Positions 49,675-61,679 of a DNA stretch of 64,000 bases are shown piece by piece; the stretch's first letter is position 1, and each line of letters starts with the position of its first letter. The stretch spans positions 1,111,760-1,175,759 of the forward strand of contig NW_015170892.1 of NCBI RefSeq assembly GCF_001447785.1, in the 5' to 3' direction. The notes beneath the pieces are model-generated. The model ran no database searches and was not told where the DNA came from. It worked only from the letters and a program-made list of their open reading frames with translations. Source of the DNA: Gekko japonicus (lineage: Eukaryota). The position numbers were made by a program, and so were the translations under genes.

Positions 49675-50187
49675 CTATTAAAAACACAAAATCAAAACAA
49701 GAATCATTAACAGTTCAACGGCAATACTCGTGAGTTTAAGTAAAAGTGTTGTTCCTTATGGCCTAGGCTTATGGAACATGGCATAAATGTCACAAAGATT
49801 AAGCTCTGTCATAACATTGTATAAAGGGAATTTTATTTTACTTATCATCATACAGTAACTGGACATTCATTGTCACATGAGGCAGCTATACTTTTATCCC
49901 CTTTAACTAGTGATAATGCCATAGTTCATTCATATTTGATTTGGTATAAAATTTGTTGATCATGTTTAGCATAATTACAATTAAAGCATCATTTCAAACA
50001 AAACTTATTTTCCTACTCAGAATGTTAAGTGAGATTCTGCACATATGAAAACAACATTCAGAAGATCAGTAACTGCACAAAGATATTTAATTTTGCCTTC
50101 TTACTCTTAATGAAATCCTCATGGATTTCTTTGCAAGTATGTTACAAGAAACTCAGAGAAGATTTGGACACTTTGTCTTGACAGTTA

Positions 50188-50324
50188 CCGTGTTTCCCCG
50201 AAAATAAGACACTGCCTTATATTTATTTTTTCTCAAGAAGTCACACTAGGGCTTATACCACAAATGCATAGAAATCCTGCTAGGGCTTATTTTTGGGGTA
50301 GGTCTTATTTTCGGGAAAACAGGG
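50188..50324. mobile_element. Tc1/mariner (Tc2-like) MITE
   Basis: TIR CCGTGTTTCCCCGAAAATAAGAC / GTCTTATTTTCGGGAAAACAGGG; TA on both flanks. Confidence 0.85.
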
Positions 50325-50612
50325 TACTGTGCTGTCCCGCCCAAGCCTGGCTCACATCAGTCTAACCCATCCTTTATAGGGGATTGATACTGCGTAAAAT
50401 GTGCTGTGGGCTATGCTGTAATGGATCAGCCCAGGAGGTGACCTCGAACAGGGATAGCGTTTTTTTTCTTCCAGTCCTTTGATCTGAACCCCACTGCATT
50501 ATGTTGTTTTACCAGGAGTCTTCGCTGTTAGATTCAAATATCATTATTATTTCAATTTTCTCATTTTTTCTTACCAACTAACTGTTCTATAATACTTGTA
50601 ATCCACCATGAA

Positions 50613-51243
50613 GGGAGCGGTGGCGCAGGGACTAAAACACCTGCTATAACATCTAGCGAACATCTAGGCTGTTCGAGACACGCCGCGGCTGGGGTGAGCT
50701 CCCGGCCCTAGTCCCAGCTCCCGCCCACCCAGCAGCTCGAAAGCATACTTGCGAGTAGACAAAGTGGGAACCTGCCCTAGGTGGCAGGGGGCACCCTCCT
50801 CCTTGTCGGGAAATGTGTAGCAGGCGGCAACGGCGAACAGCGATGGCGGGACAGCCTGGCGACCCAGTGAGCATGCGGAACCTGGATGGAGGCGGAGCTA
50901 CGAAGGCGCAGTGACGCGCAGCGGAGCCAGTTGGACAGAGCCGAGGCTGCGGCCAGCGCGTGGCTGCGCTCTAGGGGGAAGCCGCCGGAAAGAAGCTGCC
51001 GAACTACCAGCTCCAAGGCGCCAGAGAAGAGAACGCCGGAACAACATCTATACCCAAAGCCTGTGGGAATACAACAACAACAAAGAGCCGCTCTGCTACA
51101 TGGGTGCTGGTAGGTAGTCACCTCCCCTGTTAATGTGGCCCTAGACAGGAAATATAATCATATGTAAACCGCTCAGAGACCCTTGCAAAAAAAGGGGGAG
51201 GGTTGAGTGGTATATAAGCCGAAAGTTAAATAAATAAATAAAC
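50613..51243 (+). mobile_element. Composite non-autonomous retroposon (Sauria-SINE-like head, CpG-rich body, L2-like tail)
   Basis: Head 'gggagcggtggcgcag..ggggtgagctccc..cccagctcccgcccacccagcagctcgaaagca..gagtagacaaa'; tail 'tgtaaaccgctcagag..gagtggtatataa..(taaa)n'. Confidence 0.65.
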
Positions 51244-54200
51244 CCTAGTCAGAAAGCCAGGCTATGAATTAAAGTAATGAAAATGAAAATAAACTAGGCA
51301 TCCTAACGTACCTGACAGTCAGCAACTGAAAGGATTCAATAAATATGCTTTTCCCATAGTTAAATTTCATCCCTCAGTTTTGTATGGAATATGGAGAAAT
51401 ACTCAAGCCCAAGAGAAAGGCTAAGTTCTAAACGCCTCATGTTAAAAGTTATTTATAGTTCAACAGGACATGGCTGAAAGGAAGAGGCTTTAGGAGTTAT
51501 GCAGACACAAACATTTTAATCTTGTCTGGAAGTCAGGAGGCAATTGGAATTATTATCTGCTCTTCAAGCATAGGGGCTACAGTAATAACAAATTATTCAG
51601 GAGAAGTCCTGCAGAATCCCTCTGGCTATTCAAATTCCTCCCCCATGTGATTTAGTATTATTTTGTTGAGCAGACAGGCTCTCAACAAAGAAAGCTAGAT
51701 ATTTTAAGTGAAAGCCAAGATTCTAAAGATTCTGCCAGACCATCATATTCCACAGTACAGGGTCAGATTCCATGTTTCCATGGCAATTACACCCATACAG
51801 ATATCCTGCCCACTGAAAACAACTAAAGCCTAGTTGTTGTTATTTTCATGAATTCACCTCTTAAAAACTCCAAGACCTTCAACAAGGAAGCATAAATTCT
51901 GCAATGGATGTTAAGCAAATACTGAACAAACACATTTAGCCTGCATAACAGAGGAGGCATTCATTTACTAAGAAAATATACCTGCTAGTTTATCTCTCTA
52001 TATAAATATGTATAAAAGTTCTATGAACAGGAAACAAAAAAAACTGAGGGATATGGAGCAGCCAATTGAAAATGCATTATGAACAGACAAGAGCAACATG
52101 TTTTCACTAATTCTTACTAACAGGCTAGGAAATCAGCAATAAGACCAAAGGTGGTGCTTCCTAAAAACATTGCCAATATTTAATAGAACTAGGAGAAACA
52201 CATTTCTTGGAACTTTTCACATATCAGTTCTAACGACTTGAATCTAACAATAGTACTGAAAAATGAGAGCAATAACCCCAGTCACTTCTGGCTATGGCCA
52301 ATTATAGCAAAGAAAAAAAGGGGAGCAGGTGCTCAGTTCAGATAGTACAAGAGCAAGAAAAGGGGGGGGGAGAGAAAATAACATGCACTGCAGGTGATAA
52401 AGTCACATCTATAAGATAAATCCCTTATACAAAAATTATATTAAAACAGACAAAATGTTTTATAAACATAATTTATTTGTTATGAGACTGGGTTATGTAT
52501 TCATGTTGAATCTTCCTCAATTTTGTGCTAAAAACACTTCCGCAAGACATAAATTGCTAAGAGACATGAAGGCTTTTACCTATGGATTTCGCCTTTATCT
52601 ACTACTTACAATACATGTTTATCACCATTTCCCTTGCTCTTTTAAGACCAAATCACAGATTTCATGGAATATCAGAGACAGGATTTCCCAATGTTTCCAT
52701 TATTATTTTAAAGCAGCAAGGGAAAGATCCAAATTTGTTCCAAGTAGTGCTGATAAGGAAGTAGTTGTTTAATCTTTCCTCGATATCATGCTTTCCATGA
52801 TTTCAATCACACGCTAAAGCTTCTGTTAACCCCAGAAAGGGGGGGAAATACCTGTATTTTCCCCCTAGAAAGGCAGACTACGATTGGGAACTATGGTACA
52901 TGACAAAAAGGTCAAACACACCGTCCTCCATTGCTAAATAATTTCAAGGCTCCATATTGGGTACTTTTAAATAGAAAAATAAAGGTATCTTGCTATGCAA
53001 TCAGGGATCTCTCATAGAATGTGTAGTTTGGCCCTAATGATGCATATCCTGTAGTTTGACAGCACTTATTAAGAAGACAGGAAACCAGCAAGAGAAAAGA
53101 AGTTTACATTTACTATAACGTTGTATGTGTGCCTAGCTGACATAATCACAACAACAGTTAACAAATTAAATGCTAATTATATACCTGGATGATTCCCTAA
53201 CCTAAATAGCATTGTTTTTAACATTCAACTGAAAATTGTTAATTTTAACCTGTACCTTTATTGTAGTATTGCTGATCATCAAACAACACTGAATAAATAT
53301 TGAGTAAGTACTGTTATCCATTTTCATGTTCTTCATGTAAAAGACTGGCCCAATTCAATGGTTGTCTCTCTTAACCCACTAATTTAATGGGTCCTACAAC
53401 ATCCATGAGTGGCTAGGCCATCAAAAAGAATCAAACAGCATATAGTCATTTGTGCACAAATATAAGAAAATTTATTTTTTTATAAACACAATTATATACC
53501 TAAAGGATTTCACCTCTGTCATAAATCCCTCCAGTGTTATGGAACTATACAGGGTTTACACAAATACACAAAAATTAAGATTTTATTTACAACATTTGTA
53601 CCCTGCTTTTCAACACAATGTATGCCTAAACTGGCATAAAGGTCACTAAATAAGATTCTAAAAAAACCACCACAATAAGATCATAATAAAATAATGTATA
53701 TTTAAAATATAAAAAGTAATGACGTTAGAAATAGTTGAGACAAGTGACGACCAGCAAGAAACTTGCAGGGAGGGGATATCTCCCCACCTTTGTTTCCTCC
53801 CTCAGCCCTCACTTCTGTGTCTCTCACTTTCTCCACCCTGTCACTCCTTTTCTTACTCTTTCCTCATGCCAGTCACTATTTCTGAACCCACTCTCTGTCT
53901 CTCGTTCTGCCCCATCACTCTCTTTCTGTCCTTCTACCCATCAATGTCTCTCTCTCTCTCTCTCTCTCTCTGCGCCCCGCACCCCAGAACTTTCTTTCTC
54001 CCATCCCTCCCCAGCATTCTCTCTTTCTCTCTGTCTGCCCCCCCCCACTCCTGCCAAGGCTTCCCTGCACCCTTGCTTTCCTTGCAAGCTCCCGGAGCTG
54101 CTCTGGGTTGGCCAGCTGACCTTCCCTCCCCTCCCTCACTGGTTCACCGAGAGCAACTCTGGGCGGGGCCCACTGAAGCTTCCTCAATGCTGTTCTCAGC

Positions 54201-55463
54201 TCTGGGGCTGGCTGCTTTCTCCATTGCTTTCGCTGACTTCTGGCTTTCAGTAGCTCAGCTGGCATGACTTCACGTGAGCCAGGTCAGGTGGGGGCTCCCA
54301 GGCTCCACTGCCATTTCAGCAGCAGCCCCTGCTGCCGGAAATGTTAAAGATAAGTGTGAACACTTTTAATTTGGGTGGGACTTAAACTTTTCAGATTTTT
54401 CCGCAAACCAAGGGGGTCACACAAGTTTACAGAAAAGCCTGTTTAAGGTGAGTTTCCTCCCTATCTGCAGATTTAGATATCTGCACATTGGGGTGCAGTT
54501 GGGAATTAGATATATAGATATGGATGAATATGGTATGGATACTAGCTAACACCAATGCTCCCTCGAAGCTGTAAAGTCTGGTGAGCAAAATTTCTCCTTT
54601 GTGAGATACTGGCATTAAAGTTGTGAGTGAACGATTTGGCTGCTGCATAAATTAGTCTGCTCTGGAGCCTTCCTTCCTGAGCTGAGACAAAAATGTGTGA
54701 GCTGGAGGCTAAAAAACCGCAAGCTAGCTCACACTAACTCAGCTTAGAGGGAACACTGGCTTAACACCACACTGTAACGTTCATAGATCAACCATAACCT
54801 TTAGCACCCTCCCCCTTTACCCCCTCTGAAAGGCAGCTATAGGCTTGCATGAAGAAGTGATGAAATATCTATGGGGAGGTTTCCCCAGAGCAGAATTCTA
54901 GCACCCTTCTTGTCACTGCAAGACTAACTGCTTTCACCTCTTATCATCCTGCATTCCACACAGAGATGATGCAAAGGGAGAGAGAGAACACAATTTCAAA
55001 AGAAAACAAGAATTTCTAACTATGCACCACGCTTCACAAGTATTCCAGTCAGTACATACAATTCCTTATAAAGAAAAGAGCCAGAACTGGCTGGTAGTCA
55101 ACATTTGACAAATTTTCATCTCTCCCTGACACTTTTTCAGGAGCAAGTTGGGACAAGGGATTGCCCAACTAAAAGGAGGAGGATATGGCCAACTTTCAAG
55201 ATTCAGAGGGTCAAATCCAATAAAACATTTGTCCCAGAGCCAGTTACAGCTTGAACTGGATAACGTGGGAGGTGAGAAAAGGTGATGTCCAGCTATACGG
55301 GCAAACAGTGATCGATGGATGGTTCCAATGACCCTAGGATGAACCATCCACTATGAGTACTCTTCTGACAGGAAAGTCAGGGAATTTCCTTCACTCTACA
55401 TGTGGAAAAGGGAGGGGGAGGGTTGCAAAGAATCTTGGTAACAAACAAAACAGAAACACAAAG

Positions 55464-57018
55464 TGTAATATATTCAGAAGCTGCCTAGAATGCATTAAAT
55501 GTAAAGTGAAACACCTCATAAGGAAGCAATGTTAAGCTTCGTCTTGGACAGGGATTGTAGTCCAAGACAACCGTGTCCAATCACGTTTGAAATGTCTGTA
55601 ACCGGGAACCGCCAACCGCCACTCTGCAAAAATGGGAGTCGGCGGGAAAACCTTGGTCGAGGCTCCACGTCGATTTCGCGGGGCCAGTACAGGGGCAAAT
55701 GTTTCTTGTGATTGTTGATGCGTATACGAAGTGGTTGGAAGTTGCTCACATGCACTCCACCACTTCAGGGTCCGTCATCAATGTGCTGCGACGCCTATTC
55801 GCCACCCACGGGCTGCCGGACGTGTTGGTGAGCGACAACGGCACTCAATTTACCTCTGAGGAGTTCACCAGGTTTTTATCGGATAATGGCATCCGACAAA
55901 TAACTTCAGCCCCGTTCCACCCAGCCTCGAATGGCCAGGCGGAAAGAATGGTCAGGATGACCAAGGAGGCACTGGCCAAGTTAGTGTATGGTGATTGGGG
56001 GGTAAAACTGGCCTCGTTTTTGCTGCGCCAGCATGTTACCCCATGCTCGGCGACTGGCCACAGCCCGGCCGAGATGCTGATGGGGCGCTGTCTGACCACC
56101 TTGTTCGATCGGTTGCATCTGGACCTTAACGATCTTAAGCCCCAACAGCAGAGCGCAATACCCAAGGTCCGAACATACGGCAAGGGAGAAAAGGTATTTG
56201 CGCGGAATTATGCCAGTGGTCACTTGTGGCTTCCAGCCACTATTGTTGATGTAGTTGGGTCATGAATGTATGTGGTGTTACTTGCAGATGGTCGTAAGTG
56301 GAGGCGCCACAAAGACCAGCTGAGGCAGCGGTGGGCAACTGACCGTTCCACCTCGCAGCCAGCTGAGTCCCTAGACCCCGAGGACCTTCCCAGACCTCCA
56401 CAGGAGGTGAGCGCTGAAGTGCCTAAGGGCCACAGTGCTGCTCAAGAGGCAGGGCAGACCCCTACTCTTGAACCCACAGAACCGGATGGAAGTGATCCTG
56501 ACTCTGCGGTCCCAGAGTCAAATGAAGTCCCACTGCCAGAGTTGTGCCCTGAGCCTAGTCTACCTCGTAGGTCTCAGAGAATTCGTCGTGCCCCGACCTA
56601 CCTAAGCGATTATGATTGTTCATGACTGTATTTGCTTAGGGGGGAGGGATTTGTAATGTATTCAGAAGCTGCCATGAATGCATTAAGATGTATGTGAAAC
56701 ATCTCATAGGGAAGCAATGTTAAGCTTCGTCTTGGACAGGGATTGTAGTCCAAGACAACCGTGCCCAATCACGTTCGAAATGTCTGTAAGCGGGAACGAC
56801 ATTGATTGGACCTTATACGCTCAACCGCATTGGTTGATATCTGTATAGTGGGTGTGGCTACATTAGCCGGGAATGTTTAAATACCGAGCAGCTACAATGG
56901 ACAAGCTGTTCGGGCTATCAAATGTTGTACCGTGTTGGAGAAGTGTTCGTGTTGAAGATTAAACTTGAGTTTTTGCTGAAATCACTCTCTGACTATTTGT
57001 TAAGTGCTGGACTTAACA
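55464..57018 (+). mobile_element. Gypsy-type LTR retrotransposon with a large internal deletion
   Basis: Partial 5' LTR 55464-~55609; integrase (PWSRLHVDFAGP, SDNGTQF, SNGQAER) 55610-56625 with one stop; PPT 56638-56649; full 3' LTR 56652-57018 (TGT..ACA); 5-bp TSD CAAAG on both sides. Confidence 0.93.
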
Positions 57019-58257
57019 CAAAGGAAGAAAAATTAGCAAATAAGGGAGACGTCCCTGTTACAGTAACCTAAGCACACCCTTAAATAGTTAGCACAGCAAA
57101 TCACATTAGGATCAGACATTAATGTGTGCTTTCTGTGCTAAGACAAACATGTTCAAACCTAGTTTTTTGGGGGGAGCAGTTTTTATTCAACTTTCCCCTC
57201 TTTCTCTTCCTGCATGCTTTTTAAAAACATAAAACTGATATAATTTCTTCACAGAGTTAATTTCTGCCAATTTGCTCGTAAATATAAGCATACCTACATT
57301 GTTTTAATAAGGGCAGAAACTAACAAAGTAAATTACTAAGCTAGAAATAGTATGAGCCTTATTACAACCTAGAACAAAACAGGCAACATATTTTCTAAAG
57401 CAATTACCCATAATTAAATTACACCAACTAAGATTTTACCACACAATGCCAAACTATTGTCCACAGAATTTTGTAAGCATAGATATATATAGTCATATAT
57501 TTTCAGCTCAGTAAAAAACCATGCTGCAATTTTAAACATACTTACCTGACAGTAAGTCCCACTGACCTCTTCATACTCAAAGCTTTATACACACACATAC
57601 ACTGTAGCAATCCTAGTTAGACTGTACTCTGCAAACCATAGTCTCGTGTGTACTCAGTGAATTCTTAAGGCAAACTTCTGGAGCAATGCCCAACTATATA
57701 ATCTGTGTAGCTCACAGCATTCTTCTCATGGAATTAAGAATGCCTATTTGGATTCACAGAGTCATCATAACTGCAGTTTATGTCAGTGTATAACTGCAAA
57801 AAATAGTGATGTGCTTCTCCAACCAATAATCCAAACAATACAGAAAGCAAAAATCTTTAAAACTGGAATAAAACAATACCAAGCAACCTAGTATTATGAT
57901 TGTTAACAGCATGGGAAAGGAAGACTGTAACAAAGTTGATTTGGCTCTATGAAGACTTCTTGTTAAGATCTAAAATAGAGTATTAACATAAAATAACTTA
58001 TTCTTAGAACCTGTTCTCTGTTTCAGACATTCTTTAAAGTGTATTAAATGCCTCAGTCACAAGACCTCTAAGGGTTTGTGAAGACCTTACATCTATACTC
58101 TGATACAGGGCAGGTTAGCCCTCCCTTCTCTTCCTGTAAACCCCCCCCCCACTCTCATCCTGTCACTCCTAACTACAGCTCACAATGTCTGTCCAACACT
58201 GACCATTTAATATCATGATGACAAATAGGTAGTAGCATTAGTATGAATCAGAAAAAT

Positions 58258-58890
58258 AAAACAGGAGTGCAGTGGTGCCTTAAAAACTAACAAAATTTAT
58301 TCCAGCATTTAAGTCAGTGGTTCTCAACCTTCCTAATGCCACGACCCTTTAATACAGTTCCTCATGTTATGGTGACCCCCAACCATAAAATTATTTTGTT
58401 GCTACTTCATAACTGTAATTTTGCTACTGTTTTCCGATGGTCTTAGACGACCCCTGTGAAAGGGTCGTTCTACCCCCAAAGGGGTCACGACCCACAGGTT
58501 GAGAATCGCTGATTTAAGTTTTCACAAGTCAGAACTCAGTTCCTCAGATGCACAGGAGAACAAGTCTATTAGGCCCAGTTTATATATACAAAAGGAACGG
58601 GGGGGTTGTTGCAAATAGAGGTGAGTTAAAAACAACATCTAAATTAAAAGTTAATCTGTTCACTCAGTATTGGTGTGAGATACTTCCAATTATTGTTAGT
58701 TAGCCAGAATGTAAAACCTACTGCAGGATGTCCCACTTTTCTCTTGCATATACAAAACTGGGACTCATAGTTATACTCCTATGCATCTGAGGAATTGATT
58801 CTCAAACGCTTATGCTGGATTAAACTGTGATTGTCTTTTGTTAGTCTTTAATTTTATTAGTCTTTAAGAGGCCACTGCACTCCTTGTTTC
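58258..58890. mobile_element. Penelope-like element ends in inverted orientation (host of the SPIN MITE)
   Basis: 58258-58552 'ggagtgcagtgg..cttaaaaactaac..tcctcagatgca' and its inverted counterpart at 58782-58890. Confidence 0.65.
58315..58511. mobile_element. SPIN/URR1-type non-autonomous hAT element
   Basis: TIR CAGTGGTTCTCAACCT / AGGTTGAGAATCGCTG; perfect 8-bp TSD ATTTAAGT; body matches the URR1/SPIN MITE as I recall it. Confidence 0.88.
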
Positions 58891-60148
58891 ATTTAATACC
58901 ATCTAAAGTTTAAAACTTGAGAAGTGCAGGCAACACCCTCTAAAAGCAAAATGAGCTCCATCCTTTATCTATCTGGACTCCCAAAATGTTCATTCCTTTC
59001 TGCAGCAGCTTCTCCAGCAGCTAAAACTACTCTCTCTCTAGTCCAACCTATCTTTTACTCAGGTTAAGCCATTCAATCTCCAGAATTTGTGTTCATCCAA
59101 CTAGGAAAAAGGAGTCACTTTGGATACACAAAATGTTATTTTCTTATATCCCAATGTTTTATGTTACACAAGCAAATTTGCTATATAAAGCAATGTAATC
59201 AACCTAGAGGTAAGTGCTGAGATTTGCATACAAAGAAAGTAGGTTTCCAATTCATAACAGTATGAAACCTATATTTTAAAGGAACATTGAGATATTAAGA
59301 TTTGATTATAATGATTTTGATTTCTGAGAAGATGAACCTGTCATTTATTGCACTGCAACTAATAGAGCTGGAAGGGGACAATTTTTACACATGTTGAATG
59401 TCTATTCATATATACCAATAGAAAGCCATTTGAAAAGTCAGAATGAAGGCGCGCGCCACACCATAATTTCTTAAACTTAGTTTTTTATATATAGTCCAGC
59501 ATCTTGTCTCAGAAGGGCCAACAAAAGGCTGTAAAGGCCGAGACCTTCCCCTAGTGTTGCCTCCTGACTCTGGCATTCAGAGATTTAATGCCTCTGAATA
59601 TGGAAATTCCCCTCGGTCACCATGGCTAGAAGTCACTGATAGACCTATCCTCCATGAATCTCTCTAATCCTCTTTTAAAGCTTTCTATTCCTCTGGCACT
59701 GGATTCTACATTTTAAACACTCTCTCTGCATAAAGAAATATTTCCTGTTGTTCGTTCTGTATCCACTGCCTATCAGCTTCATTGGATGCCCTCTAGTATT
59801 TTTGAGGGAGAATACAGGGAGAAAATTTTCTCTTTGTTACTCTCTTCACCACATGCATAATTTTATAAACCTCTATCATGTTCCCCCTTAGTCATCCCTT
59901 TTCTAAGATGAAAAGTCCCAGACTCTTCAGCCTTTCATCAAAGTGAAAGTGCTCCAATCCCCTAATCATCCTGGTTGCCCTCTTCTGTACTTTCTCCAGC
60001 TCTGCAATGTCCTTTTTGAGATACGGTGACCAGAACTGTATAGAGTATTTTAGATGAAGCCACACCATAGATCTATACAGGGGCATTATAATCGGCAGTT
60101 TTATGTTCAATCCCTTTCCTAATAATCTCTGACACAGTTTGCCTTTTT

Positions 60149-60447
60149 GGTTCTTTCCGCACTTGGATCTCATCCCTGGTTTTATCAGAGTTCAACTCAC
60201 GACACAATACCTTGCATTTATCCCTGGTTATAACAGCATCTGTGTATCCCAGGACAAGTGTGGGGTGAAACCGAGGTGACCTCAATGTAATGTGGAAACA
60301 AAAAAATACTCCAGGATAATTGCAGGGGTGAACGCGAGTGTAGCACAGAATGTAAAAATGCCCCGAGAGAATTACAGGGGTGAACTCGCGTGCAGTGTAG
60401 AATGTAAGTTTGGGGACCAGGATTTAAGGTCTAGTGCAGAAAGGACC
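60149..60447. mobile_element. MITE (PIF/Harbinger-like) inserted in CR1
   Basis: TIR GGTTCTTTCCGCACT / AGTGCAGAAAGGACC; TTT on both flanks (possible 3-bp TSD). Confidence 0.7.
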
Positions 60448-60697
60448 TTTCACTACTGCAGCACAGTGGGTTGACACTAACTCATTGAGCTATCCACTAC
60501 AACCACAAGCTCTTTTTCCCTCTCAGTCTTCCCAAGTTCAGAACCCATTAGCCTATACCTAAAGTTGGGGGTTTCTCACAATGTGCATCACCTTACAGTT
60601 AACAACATTGAACTTCTTTTGCCATATTGTCACCCACTCACCCAATTTGTGGAGATCCTCTTGGAATTCTTCATAGTCAGTTTTGGTTTTCACCATC

Positions 60698-61679
60698 TCT
60701 ATAGAAATATTGATTCCTATAAACCCCTGCCTCCCCCTGGAATGTGTCTCGCTGATACCCTGCTGCGTTGATTTTCGGTTGAAGCCAAATAGAGAGGTCC
60801 AGATGGCCTCTATTGCCATGCCATAAAAACATGCCTTCATACTTCCATGCTGGCAGAAGACCAGATGGCCTAGCAAACAAGCAAACAGTCACGTAGGCCA
60901 TGGGTGGGTTGGAATTTGGGGGGCACATGACTGTGGGTGTGCCCTTCAGAGCTCTGACCATTCAGATGTTGTCCCCATGACAACCAAAAGGTTGACCACA
61001 TCCCGTCTACTTGTGATTGGCTGATGGCCACAGCTGATTATGATTAGATTGGGCTATAACTGTCTGACCCCTTGGGGGAGACCTCAGATTTTCCTTGCTC
61101 TCTTGGCTTGTTTGAATTGCACCTGGGAAATGCTGTCCCCGGTAGAACAAAGGACTGCTTTGTGAGCTGAACATGTGCTTGCAAAGATGGAATTCTTGTT
61201 TCTCAAGATACCTGGACTCTTCCAATGGACAATTTTGAACTCTTGGATGCTACCCTGAAGTTGGTAAATACACTTCTTACTGTTTAGTTAAGGCAAAACT
61301 TGCCTAGGCTGTTATTTTGGAATCCTTATAGTCTAATTGCTAAGTTCTGTGCTGAATAAAATTATTCTGGTTTTCTAACTTGTCTGGATTGTGGTAACTG
61401 GACTTCAAGGCTAAACTCCTGTGCCTAGCTGGTCGCCTGCTACCTATGTAAGATTAAGTGCATCTCTGAGCTAGAGTTGCTAATGTGTAAAACCCACACG
61501 TCAACTGAGATTCTGGGGATCTCTAATCTCAGGCTGGTGAGGGATTAATCTTAGAGATCCTTGGTGGCTACTCTTTTAGATTCAGAGAACCTACATCTCT
61601 GGGTGATTGAGTAATGTATTGTACCAGTGTAGAATTCTCCCCCTCATCCAGGAATGGCCTGGGGGGCAGAATCTATACA
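60698..61679 (+). mobile_element. Solo LTR (~980 bp) inserted in CR1
   Basis: Termini T(C)TATAGA...TCTATACA; 5-bp TSD CCATC; TATA-like 'ctataa' at ~61054 and AATAAA at ~61355. Confidence 0.78.

Noticed and set aside
53719-54267. 170-180 aa ORFs on both strands
   Set aside because: Low-complexity CT-rich sequence, probably the interior of an old repeat
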